A DNA stretch of 63,673 bases, filler included, from Salisapilia sapeloensis CBS 127946 (lineage: Eukaryota; Protista; Oomycota): assembly GCA_023334545.1 (NCBI GenBank). It is 7 parts of 7 records of this genome, joined end to end, with 100 filler letters (N's around TTAATTAATTAA, not from the genome) between each part and the next. Parts side by side here need not be neighbours in the genome. Positions count along the whole stretch, not along the records: positions 22,229 to 45,655 come from JAADVB010000265.1; 6 more parts are not named here. The stretch is one strand, 5' to 3'. Of this stretch, positions 23,368-33,855 are shown piece after piece. Under the pieces are notes generated by a model that saw nothing but the letters and a program-made list of their open reading frames with translations, had not been told where the DNA came from and did not search any database. A program made the translations under genes and the position numbers. Within the stretch, counting starts at the first letter, position 1. Each line of letters begins with the position of its first letter.

Positions 23368-24573
23368 ATGGCATCACTTTCCAGACGCGTTTTCAAGCTT
23401 CTATTGCTCCTTTGCACGTGGGAAGTAGGTGCCACTGAGCCATGCGAAGCGCTTTTTTCTGGAGACAAGTTCCTGCAACGTCTCGACCACCGCCTTCGTA
23501 CGATACCTCCATCATGCATTTCTTTCTACCTACCGACTCACGCTGTGTAGACGAAAGCCTTGACGTAGAAAATCCAGACTTTTACTCTGCACGTGAGAAC
23601 ATTGAAGGTGCCTTTGTGGCGAACGAGTAATGTATTATCTTTTCCACGCAACTACCACGACACTAAACACGAAAGAATAGATTTGACCGAGGCCGGCCTC
23701 TGTCCATCGTCCTGTTTTCCAACTCTACAGAGGTCGATTTATACCAATATCTCTACATTGACATGACTGTAACAAGCTGATAGGCGCTGAAAGCCATGAG
23801 CTCTGCTGTCGCTTCGTCCATCTTTGGAGAGAAGCCACCAAAGCACAGTGTTTCCACCATCGACTTTCAGCAGGTACCATGACTTTTCCTCCTATGAAAT
23901 GTACCTGGACTAACTCGTTTGAGCTCAGCTCTTGTCAGATGATTCGGAGGCGTCCGTTAGCAGCACACGCATCCATCTTCGCTCGTCTTTGGCTCTACAG
24001 CTATTTGAATGCCCATCGCGTAGTTTACACGTCTTTGAGAACGTGCAGGTGGTCTCCGATGCGTCCCTCCCCATTCTTGACACGTTTCTGGACCCGCTCA
24101 ATGGCAAGCGAGCTCAATTTTATCATGAGTCTACGTCTTTCGACTGCACCAATGCCATCTTTTTGTTTCTCTTCCACACCAACACACGTCCCGATCCGTC
24201 TTGGCGAGACTTTTTGCTCCACCACTGGACGAGAGAACAATTCGATGGAGACACGGACGACGCATTCACTCCGCAGGCACTCGTCGGAAGACTATCAGAA
24301 GGCGTTTCTTTCTTTGGAAACGTGTCTAAGGAGACGGAACCTTATACAGATAGTATCCTAAGTGGTGAATGGCGCTTCCTACTGGAAGAGAAACCAAAAG
24401 CTCGTAAGGAAGTCGGGCTGTTCGTTTTCGTCGGACTTGTCTTTGGGTGTGCTGCTGGTCTGTGGACAGAAGACCAGTCCGATGCAGACGCCAAAAAGCC
24501 AAAGCCGAAGGCAAACCGAAAGCGAGGGAAGACCGGAAAGAAGTCGAGCCAGAAGAAAAGAAGGAGAGCGTAG
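23368..24573 (+). CDS. Torsin/LAP1/LULL1-like degenerate AAA+ membrane protein, 5 exons (23368-23497, 23551-23626, 23681-23732, 23784-23873, 23929-24573), 330 aa
   Basis: Four GT-AG introns of 51-55 nt give a continuous 993-nt CDS with a signal peptide, an AAA-like core without Walker A/B, a C-terminal TM and a basic tail. The family call is by recalled-sequence comparison only. Confidence 0.6.
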
Positions 24574-25078
24574 AGTAAGAGTGAATGAATATCTTTTCTT
24601 TGAAGCGTACCGCGGCTGTATCACACGCAACAACAACACAGTTGCAATTGACACGACTTTGCCGCGAGCTCTGGAACATGCTAGCCCTCCACCTCCATTG
24701 TGGTCTCCCTCATGGCGCCAAGCTAAACGCCTGCCATTGCGCGGAATGGACGCTCCTACAAGAGGTTGCCTCGAAGACAGACGTAAATCGCGAAAATCTA
24801 AATGTACCTAAACCTCGACTACAGCAACGACATGTCTCCGGCTGGTCGTTCAATGTGTCGCCGTCGCGAGTGGCATCTCGTCTCTCTTTATACTGTGGCG
24901 AAAGAACTGCAGAATTTCTATCCAGTACCTGCTCTATATGAAATGCATGGAACTATATTTTTGTGCGTGACAGCCACCTGGTCTATCCTAGCGTACCTTT
25001 GTGGGGTTCAGTAGCGGGCTCTCCGGCCTGTGATGCTGCTTGGCGAACCTACCAATTTAAGTTTCTTAACGATACGAT

Positions 25079-27091
25079 ATGTCTTCCGATGGAGGATCCA
25101 CAGCGTCCTCAGTCTCCCAGCGACCACAGGACGCGCCCACCTTTGCTCCGAACCTACTGTCTTTCTTCCCACCGGAAGAAGTTTGTCGAGATGCTACCAC
25201 GCCACTCAGAAAACTACAAAGTCTTCACCAGGATAAATGGACCAAAGGTAAGATACTGGGTAAGATGCAGACGTTTGAGCTTCAGAAATCGGACTTGGAT
25301 CTAGCCCATGCCATCGCTGCCAGCGTCCGTGTTCCATGTCGTCTGGACGAAGCTCTCCGAGCGCTCGTCGCGTCCTCCCCACAAGCGTTCGAGAGCAACA
25401 TGCGAGCCCTGTACGGGAACTGCTACAAGGGCGGCTGCATTCTGCTGCCGCCGAGAGCGATTGCTCTCGAGACTCATCCTTCGGGGCCTTCTCCCGCGTC
25501 TCACTCTGCTAGTGGATTCTACGACAATGATTCTTCTTTTACCATACCTGCCCATGTAGGCGCTCAAATGGTGGTCGTATCTCCCTACAGAAAAGCAAAA
25601 TCAGGCTTGCATTCTACGCCCAAGCGACAGCAGCTGGGCATGACCACACTCATCCGCCACGACTCACCTTCCAGAGCACTCATCCTGACCAAAACCCTGC
25701 CTCGTCAAGTCTTGCGCAACCTCGTCGCGGCGTCCGATTGTTCTGCACTGACGCACTCGATCGACCACATTGCTGCCTGCTTTGAATTGGACTGTCGAGA
25801 GGAAAAGGATGGGAGACCGCACACGGTCATCCAAGCCTACGTCTATGCCTCCATGGTCCCTCCACACCAGTACGGACTGCTACAACAGAAGAAACTTGCT
25901 GGAGACGCAGACGTCCACTGGAATGCACGCTTCCTCAAGGTCGCCGATACGGAGGCGGAGGGACTGCTCCAGCTCTTTCTCCACTCCATCTCCATGATCG
26001 CGCCCATCACACGCAGACGCCGTCTCGGGACCTTGGATTTCCGTCCGCAGCCAAAAGGAAAGCAGTCGAAAGACGTCGGTTGTATGGTCTGCATGAAGAC
26101 CTTTACGATGCTTCGGTCCCAACGCTTCTGTCAGTTGTGCGACCGAAGCGTCTGTAAGGCATGTGCCGAGGTCTACGCCGTCGAGTATGAAAGCGATGCT
26201 CGACTCAGTCAAAAGCGCATTTGTGCCAATTGCATCTCTTACTTCGAAGCCGACATCCTGCGTCCGTCAGGACAGAAGACATCTTCGGAAGGCTCGGATG
26301 GACGAAGTGACCGGACGTCCAGTGGAAGAGGAGAGGATCCGTCGTTAGGATTGACCATCGCATTATACAGCCGGGACATCAAGGAGCGGAAGAGGGCGGT
26401 GGCAGATCTGACAAGGCTGACAGCTACGTGCAGAAGTGATAATATATTACAGATGGTCACCAAACGGCGTGAGCATCAGTACGGCGTCGTCTCTCCTCAC
26501 CAGATCTTGGAAGCCATTGATGAAGTCATGGAAACCCAACTGACTGCCACTAGGAAGCAGATCGTTGGATCCATGACGCACGTGTCAACAGAAAAGGCTC
26601 TGCGTCGATGGCCTCCTAGGCCAAGTGACGAGAAAGAGGATGCTCGGCTCTGGTGCATTGAACGCACACGGATGCTGGATGTCGACTACGACCGAATGCT
26701 CCTGGACCTCATTTCCGAAGTGGCTGCCACAAAGCTGCAATGTGCCACTGCCTATATCGCAGCAACAGACGACACGATGACGACTGTCTTGGGCACGTAC
26801 GATCTTCCTCCCTCGGCGTTTAATTTGCCGAGAGACCAAACGCTGTGTGCACATGTGCTATATCGAGAGGCGCCAGTGGTCATGGATGTGCTACCAGACT
26901 ACGCCTCTGACGCCGGTGTCGATGGCTCCACTTTCTTTGCTGGGTTTCCAGTACTGACATCCGATGGCGACGTCATTGCCCAACTTTGCGTATTGGACGT
27001 GAGCCCGAGAGAAGGGCTCAGTGCGTTCGAATGGGCCGCCATGGTCCTCCTATGTCACTTAACAGCAGAGTTTCTATCCAAACCTCAATGA
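25079..27091 (+). CDS. START-like + FYVE + GAF domain protein (oomycete-type architecture)
   Basis: CMVCMKTF...RFCQLCDRSVCKAC...RICANC (FYVE); TLCAHVL...FFAGFPV...QLCVLD..PR (GAF). Confidence 0.85.
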   Translation: MSSDGGSTASSVSQRPQDAPTFAPNLLSFFPPEEVCRDATTPLRKLQSLHQDKWTKGKILGKMQTFELQKSDLDLAHAIAASVRVPCRLDEALRALVASSPQAFESNMRALYGNCYKGGCILLPPRAIALETHPSGPSPASHSASGFYDNDSSFTIPAHVGAQMVVVSPYRKAKSGLHSTPKRQQLGMTTLIRHDSPSRALILTKTLPRQVLRNLVAASDCSALTHSIDHIAACFELDCREEKDGRPHTVIQAYVYASMVPPHQYGLLQQKKLAGDADVHWNARFLKVADTEAEGLLQLFLHSISMIAPITRRRRLGTLDFRPQPKGKQSKDVGCMVCMKTFTMLRSQRFCQLCDRSVCKACAEVYAVEYESDARLSQKRICANCISYFEADILRPSGQKTSSEGSDGRSDRTSSGRGEDPSLGLTIALYSRDIKERKRAVADLTRLTATCRSDNILQMVTKRREHQYGVVSPHQILEAIDEVMETQLTATRKQIVGSMTHVSTEKALRRWPPRPSDEKEDARLWCIERTRMLDVDYDRMLLDLISEVAATKLQCATAYIAATDDTMTTVLGTYDLPPSAFNLPRDQTLCAHVLYREAPVVMDVLPDYASDAGVDGSTFFAGFPVLTSDGDVIAQLCVLDVSPREGLSAFEWAAMVLLCHLTAEFLSKPQ

Positions 27092-27788
27092 ACAAATACT
27101 GTACCTACTTATTATCCTTGCCTTTTTCGCGTCCTTTGCACAGGACACCAAGCTTTCCACGTAAAGCAAACGCACATCACTTTTTGCGACACACTTGTCG
27201 ATTTCTAATACGTAGCCACACAAAAGCAACGGACGACAGAAACTTGTCCGATCTCACGGCATGACGAGCTTCGTTCTCTGTATTTCTACTCATGTTAGCG
27301 CGCCGTTACATCAGCAGCTATCGGTCGCCGAGTGTAATGGTAGGGAAGGGAATAAGAGACTGCAGAGGTAGCTCCATCTAAACTAGGTAGCGATGACTCA
27401 GCTGTAAAATCAAAGCAACGAATCTACTAGTGGAGTAAACGCATGCAGGTTCATGTTGATCATGTGCTTAACTTGGATATCCTCCTCGCGGTGCACTTGT
27501 GTCGGTTTCCACTTTGGCCATCAATCTCGCTTTTCTATTGTAAATTGCGATCCTGTAGCCCTCCAGGTTTTTCAAAAGATCGAGTATTCTACTGTGCACA
27601 TTTTTTACTAGTGCTGGTAGTTAGCAAACATGATTTTCGGAATAGATCCGGTCAAGATGGATGTTCAGCAGCTATGAACCCATATTTGAAGCTGAGGTGA
27701 AGCACCGCCTGATTCGTGGAAAATGGGATTTTGACGTGGCAATTGGACGAAAACGTGTCAAAGCCGTTTGCGAAAGAACGCGAGCGCG

Positions 27789-30700
27789 ATGAGTACAAGA
27801 GTCCTGTGCGTCGTACTCGCGGTATGCGTTCTCAACAGTACCAAGGCGGCGGTCATGGACTCTGCAGGGATGCATTTCACCACATCGGAAAGTCTATGCG
27901 CCTACCACTGCAGTCGACACATGTTGCAACGAAGCTCGGACTGTGCATCCAGCGACTGCATGTCCAATCGCCGGTGGCTCCAGCCAGAGGAGGAAGCCGA
28001 TACGAATGTGACGACCATTGGGCTCATGCAGTGCGCGAGCATCCCGCAAGCTTCGTCCACTCTAGACTTCGAGTGGGTTTCCTTCTCACCCGATAACGCT
28101 CGAAACGCCTTTCGGACGTTCGCTACCTCCTTCTTCCAGGCGTATGATGCGCTATCGACTAGTCCGAACGCTACGTTTGATGCATGTCAGCTCCAGTTTC
28201 TACAGTCAAAATTGCTTCCTGAAGTCACTTCGGACAGCACGTCGCATGTTGTCGATGTCATGCTTGTCCAGTTGGAGCGCGAAGACATCGATGAACAAGA
28301 GTGCGTTCAGTCGATAAAAGACATCTCTTCCAACGACAAGTTCACGCCGTTTGTTACTCGACGAGATGACGTGAATGACCAAGACACGGTCTTACTGGTG
28401 CGACTGACAGGTCCCGAAGCAGAAGAGATCAACGATCTGTCGTGCGTTGCCAGTGTTCTGCAGCTGCCTCCGATTCTAAAACTAGTTCCTTTCGCACGCA
28501 GTTGTCTTCAGTCGCAACAGTCCGACTCTGCTCCACCACTAGAAATTCGACTGGCAAACGAGGCCAACAAGACTTTTGTCCTATCTTCCTTCCAGTCCCA
28601 ACTCGAAACGCAGTTCGGAATCTCTAACGTCTTTACCATCAACAGCAAGAGCAAAGCCAACTCTCTATTCACAAGGTCACTTGCCAACATGCAGACGTGG
28701 ACGTACGTCGTGGCCCTTGCCATTTCCTCTTCGTCCGTCGAGTGGATCGACGTGAAGCTCGAGATGAGTCAGAACTCTCTTTCGCCAGAGCATCCGCTCT
28801 TGATACAAACCGAGAGACGTCTGGATGAGTTCGCGATGCCTCTTGTCGGCGTGGAGAGCGTGAGGGAAAAAGGGCTCACTGGCACAGACGTTATCGTTGG
28901 CGTCACGGACTCTGGGCTCTATCTAGACCACGACCAGTTCGACCAAAAGTCTCGTAAGATCTATGACGACCCAGACCAGGACGCCCGCAAAGTTGTATAC
29001 TACAACGCGTGGGCAAACAGGCAGGACGAGAGCAACCAGGGCACTTGTGGGCATGGCACCCACGTCTCTGGACTGCTGGCTGGAAGTTCTTACAGCGGCA
29101 AGTTTGACGACCTGGGCATCGCGTCGTCTGCCAAAATCGCCTTCATGGACATTGGCGAGCTGGACTCTTCCTGCACCACTTTGTCGGACAAGTGTCCTGT
29201 CCATTTGTCTACGCCAGCAGACGCTGGCGACTTGCTCGAGTCTCAGATGAAGGTTGGTGCCAAGATCTTCTCCTTCTCATGGGGAACGCCAGGGAGCGAC
29301 TACAGCGACCAAGCGAGAGACCTGGACGACTTCATCTACAACAACCCTGGCATCTTGCTCGTAGTGGCAGCAGGCAACGGCGGTGACAACGTTCAGTCGA
29401 GCAATCCGGACGGAGCCATCTCGTCTCCGTCTGGTGCCAAGAACGTCATTTCGGTCGGAGCTTCCCTCAACTCGGTCAATTCCTTCATCGTGTCGGACGG
29501 AATCCAGTGTCAGGACGTGTACAACCAGTACGCCATCGCGTCCTTCTCGTCTCCTGGACCCACGTCCGACGGTCGGATGAAACCGGATGTGGTGGCTCCC
29601 GGACTGAGTCTCGTGTCGGCTGAATCCATGCGTCCTGGCGTCCGGACCAAGACAGGAGACTTGTGTTCCCTCCAAGGCACTTCCCAAGCCACACCCATGG
29701 TCGCTGGCATAGCAGTCTTACTGTACGAGTGGCTGCGAGACGGATGGTGGAAGGCTGGCGTCAAGGACGAGGCGTACGGCATGAAGAACGTCCCGGCGTC
29801 TTTACTCAAAGCGCTTGTGGTTCACAGTGGAGAGTCTCTCAACCGCCGACTAGGTCCGATGACAGAGAACACCGTCATCAGCTGCACTGGTCTTAAGCAG
29901 TCGTCGACAAATCTAAAGTTCCCCGATAGGTTCCAAGGGTACGGACGCCCGAATGTGTCGAGTGTCATTGACTTTGCCACCGACCAGCCGTCTCTCGTCT
30001 TTCTACCGAACTCGTCCGACCTAGGTCCTCCACGCGTGTCGCACGGAGAAAGCGTCTACATTACGTTTACAGTGCCGAAGAACGTGACCTTGCGAGCAAC
30101 TTTGGTGTGGACGGATCCTCCTGGGTCAGTCCATGCAACGTCGCAACTCCAGCACGACTTGGACTTGGCTGTGTCTGTTAGAAACGCCTCGTCCAAGACG
30201 TTCGTACCTGCCACGGCTGAAGAAGGCATTCGTAGAGACAGAAGGAATAATGTCGAGATGGTCCTCGTCAGCTACGACGATCTCCTCGCTGCAGCAAAGG
30301 ATGCATCGAACGGAAGCTTTTCTGCAGTCGGACCGAACGGAGAGATCGAGGTGGATGCAGTCGTCTACGGTCGGAGCGTGCTGCAGAATGCTACTCAAGA
30401 ATTTTCCTTTGTGGCGTCCAGCAGCTCCATCAAAGTGGCTGCGAATGGAAATGGAGGACCAGAGTCTGATGGATGGAGTGCATGGATGACTGTCGCCATC
30501 GCCGTCGGGTGTGTCCTACTCTTGCTTGTAGGCTTGTTCATCCTGGGCGCCTGTTTGAAGCGAAAGAGAAGGAAATTGCCAGTGCATGCACGAGGAGTTC
30601 AGAACCTGTCGAACGAGAACAGGTACACGCATGGGCCACCAGAGTACTACGTCGACACTTCCGACCCGGTGCATGCCCACATTGGCTCACAAGGCGGACA

Positions 30701-30923
30701 CCAGTGTCCGTTCTGCCAGTACCGAGTGGGTGACGCCGTGATATTGGTGAACCACGTAGAGGTCATGCACGCCGACCCGACGATCTATCGAGGGAACGGC
30801 AGATCTGCAGGACAGAACGCGAATGGAGATGCTAGCGTCAACCACTGTCCGTTCTGCTCCTTCCAGTCACCAGACGCAGTGATATTAGTAAATCACGTGG
30901 AGCACATGCACAAAGAGCAGTGA
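27789..30923 (+). CDS. Type I membrane subtilisin-like serine protease (S8) with two C-terminal C2H2 zinc fingers
   Basis: Signal peptide; catalytic GVTDSG, HGTHVSG and GTSQATP motifs; LVWTDPPG jelly-roll domain; TM helix; two CPFC-X11-12-HVExMH repeats. Confidence 0.92.
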   Translation: MSTRVLCVVLAVCVLNSTKAAVMDSAGMHFTTSESLCAYHCSRHMLQRSSDCASSDCMSNRRWLQPEEEADTNVTTIGLMQCASIPQASSTLDFEWVSFSPDNARNAFRTFATSFFQAYDALSTSPNATFDACQLQFLQSKLLPEVTSDSTSHVVDVMLVQLEREDIDEQECVQSIKDISSNDKFTPFVTRRDDVNDQDTVLLVRLTGPEAEEINDLSCVASVLQLPPILKLVPFARSCLQSQQSDSAPPLEIRLANEANKTFVLSSFQSQLETQFGISNVFTINSKSKANSLFTRSLANMQTWTYVVALAISSSSVEWIDVKLEMSQNSLSPEHPLLIQTERRLDEFAMPLVGVESVREKGLTGTDVIVGVTDSGLYLDHDQFDQKSRKIYDDPDQDARKVVYYNAWANRQDESNQGTCGHGTHVSGLLAGSSYSGKFDDLGIASSAKIAFMDIGELDSSCTTLSDKCPVHLSTPADAGDLLESQMKVGAKIFSFSWGTPGSDYSDQARDLDDFIYNNPGILLVVAAGNGGDNVQSSNPDGAISSPSGAKNVISVGASLNSVNSFIVSDGIQCQDVYNQYAIASFSSPGPTSDGRMKPDVVAPGLSLVSAESMRPGVRTKTGDLCSLQGTSQATPMVAGIAVLLYEWLRDGWWKAGVKDEAYGMKNVPASLLKALVVHSGESLNRRLGPMTENTVISCTGLKQSSTNLKFPDRFQGYGRPNVSSVIDFATDQPSLVFLPNSSDLGPPRVSHGESVYITFTVPKNVTLRATLVWTDPPGSVHATSQLQHDLDLAVSVRNASSKTFVPATAEEGIRRDRRNNVEMVLVSYDDLLAAAKDASNGSFSAVGPNGEIEVDAVVYGRSVLQNATQEFSFVASSSSIKVAANGNGGPESDGWSAWMTVAIAVGCVLLLLVGLFILGACLKRKRRKLPVHARGVQNLSNENRYTHGPPEYYVDTSDPVHAHIGSQGGHQCPFCQYRVGDAVILVNHVEVMHADPTIYRGNGRSAGQNANGDASVNHCPFCSFQSPDAVILVNHVEHMHKEQ

Positions 30924-31055
30924 GGCTCCACTGGAATAGCAGGACTAGTGCTATAGGAAGAAAAAGTAAGCGTACCATGAATATATCCTAAGCTCGACCA
31001 TTTCGATTGATACAAAGACCTTGTTTAATAGCACTCGACTACCTACAAGAGCAGA

Positions 31056-32619
31056 TCAGTGATCGAAGAAGCCGAGCGTGTCCTTGATGAGCATGTCCCA
31101 CACCACGTCCAGGAACAACTGTCCCGCCAGCAGCCAGATGATGATCCACTCGAGTTGGGAAAAGTTGTAGTGCCCTAGCTCCTGGTTCAGCACCTCGACG
31201 AGGTCTCTCAGGATCTCCAGACGCTTGTTCAAGACTTCCACTCGCTTCGACACCTCCAAGTACTTTAGCATGCGTCGGTACAAGGGCTGGAACGAGTCGT
31301 CTTCCCAGAAAAAGGCAGGCTCGTCCAAAACGTCCGAGTGGAGGTTGACGTCAGCGAGCTCGATGAAGAGCTGGCCAATCAGCTTCGAAAGGCTCTTGCG
31401 AGAGTATTGGAGAGACCCGGTGGTTGATAGACGCGCCGGAAGCTGCTGCGTGTGCTGGATGCGAGACTCCACTCGATCTTCGAACACGTCCAGCTTGGCC
31501 GACTGAGCCAGCGCAAAGGAGACTGCGAGCTTCTCCTCCGCCTTGTACGACGTTAGAGTGATGGCGTCATGTACCACTCGACTGCGCTCTCCGTATCCAA
31601 ACGCCAGGTTCTCGGCCTCTGTCTCGGCCACCGTGTCGGACGTGGAGAACTGCCGAACGACTTCCAAGTGCCGACGCTCCTCTTGTCTCGACAGTCCCCA
31701 GAACACACACGCTCCCGTTCTATTCAGGTATAATTAAATACATCAACTGCTTGTATTGCTGTCGTCAGACGTACGCAAAGTAGAAGGCGTCCTTGACGTG
31801 CGTTTTTTCATCTCCAAGAGGAATGCGGCAGCTCGAGTGGATGACGCCAGTGTACATCTCGTGCGTCCAACGACTTTGATTGGCAAATGCAAAGTTCTTC
31901 TCCTCTGCGAGCTGAGTAATGGAGGAGAATTGGGACGCACATTTATTCAGCCACTTGATAAGAGAGAAGAGTGCTAGTTGCTCATACACGCAGTAGCCAG
32001 CCACACGATTGCTATTGTCCCAATCCTCCACGCGTGTTGGCGATAGATTCCGCTCCTTTTCCCGAGAAGCCACGACTGCTCGACTGTACTTCTGGACATC
32101 CGACGGACGGAATCGGTCTCGACGTCCATCGAATCGAGGCAGCAAGTCCCAATTCTTCCCTTGCTGCGTTTCGGCCAACTATCTTTTTCGTCAGACATTA
32201 GAAACGACATGCAATAGAATAGAATGTACGTTGACGGACTGAGATCGGAAGCGCGCCCATTGTTTATGAGCAGCTCCGTGGCGCTTGGGCTTGGGGACGT
32301 GATGGTGGGATTGCACCGCTGGTACGATCGGATTCGGGTTTGTAGTGTTGCTTGTAGAAGAGTGGTTGGTCTCATCCGCTGGTCCACTCCCGTCGCTGTG
32401 TCTGGACGGATGGAGTCTCGTGAGTCGACGTAGTGGTCGTGGCGAATCCAATGCCTCCGAATTGGACGAATCGCTGTCAGAGCTCGAGGCGGACGATGAG
32501 CTGCTGCGTTCTTGGGACGAACCTGAGGACGCACGATTCGTACGCCTGCGGCGGTGACGAATGGGAGATATGCTCTCAGCCTGTGGGGATGGAGTTGCAG
32601 GCAAGCCGTCGCTACTCAT
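31056..32619 (-). CDS. RMD1/RMND1 (DUF155) family protein, 3 exons
   Basis: RVAGYC...DAFYFA/TGACVFWGL...SFALAQSAKLDVFE...YLEVSKRVEVLNKRL...LEWIIIWL. GT-AG introns join three ORFs. Confidence 0.88.
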
Positions 32620-32830
32620 GTCCTGCGGATTAATGGAAAATTTGTGCTTTACTGATAATTCCCAAGTAGAGTTGGCTGCATTTATGTAATTTAAGATAAA
32701 TGTTTGGTCATGTATAGAAAATAGATACGACCTTCAAGAGGCACATGGGCATATGCAACGAAATGTGACTATTTACGATAAATACTTTACCAAAGTGGAT
32801 CATATTGTATAATACTACCGCCAAAACTGA

Positions 32831-33706
32831 ATGCACGGTAGAACGGGGTGGGGACCAGCTTCCTTTGAGAGCAAGTATGCCGTCGAGCAGCAAGGACTGC
32901 GCCATCGAAAACACACTTCTCGAAACTCTTCCGTCTCCCTGCGCAGTAGCGGGAAGTCCCATCGACTGAGCACTCCACAGCTCGCACTATGCCTCACACT
33001 GTGCGTCGTCGTCTACCTCACCGTCCTCTACTTTTCGCAAGACATTACCGAGTTTGCCGACATGGCACAGACCCACTGGCCATCCCATTCACCATCTTAT
33101 CTTCGGTCCTATCTGTCGAAAGCGAAGCCCACCTCAGCTCCTGTGGTAGAGAAAGGCGTGGGCAACAAGACCGTTCACGGAGCGGCACAGGCGCATCAGA
33201 CCAACGAGTCTCTAAGCTTTGATGCAGTCAATGGCACTGACGACGAAATAGCTTATAGCAAGCTGCCTCCAGAAGCCATGCACCAGGAATTAACAGATCA
33301 AGCAGATACGCAGGAGACCGCGTATATTGTGAATGGAACGGAGCTTCTTGCAGACCAGGCGAATCATGTAGCAGATAATGGTACGGCAAAGATAGTCGAT
33401 CAGCATCCTAATCAGATTCCTCTGGGGGCAAATGCTGTACCCGATCTACGTCACGATGATCCTGTCGATGAAAACGATCCAGCGTATATTCCAGACCACC
33501 GAGAGCAGGAACATGAGACGTTGGATGCAAATGATACTGCATTCGATGCAAACGTGCATGGCGTGGACCATGCAAAACCAGAAGATAGCACTGAGATCAT
33601 GTTAAGTGAGCCAGTCGATGGCTATCACGAGGAAGCTCTGTCCGACTCCTCTACTCTCTATCCTAGGCCAACAGCCCCTCACTATCCAAAGGACGAGACC
33701 AGATAA
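32831..33706 (+). CDS. Type II membrane protein: TM anchor plus acidic low-complexity stem, no catalytic domain
   Basis: 291-aa ORF with LALCLTLCVVVYLTVLYF followed by a Asp/Glu/Ala/His-rich region; ends 150 nt before the GT71 ATG. Confidence 0.6.
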   Translation: MHGRTGWGPASFESKYAVEQQGLRHRKHTSRNSSVSLRSSGKSHRLSTPQLALCLTLCVVVYLTVLYFSQDITEFADMAQTHWPSHSPSYLRSYLSKAKPTSAPVVEKGVGNKTVHGAAQAHQTNESLSFDAVNGTDDEIAYSKLPPEAMHQELTDQADTQETAYIVNGTELLADQANHVADNGTAKIVDQHPNQIPLGANAVPDLRHDDPVDENDPAYIPDHREQEHETLDANDTAFDANVHGVDHAKPEDSTEIMLSEPVDGYHEEALSDSSTLYPRPTAPHYPKDETR

Positions 33707-33855
33707 AGAGCTTAATTTTGTAACAATTCTATCGATCTGCATTCCCTTGAGACGTCATCGTTTGTACCTGTCCTCTACAGTACGTTTCTAATTTTACAGA
33801 TGTGCCAACGACTGCACAGGATAGCACACGATCGCAGCACTCATCAAGTCAAACG

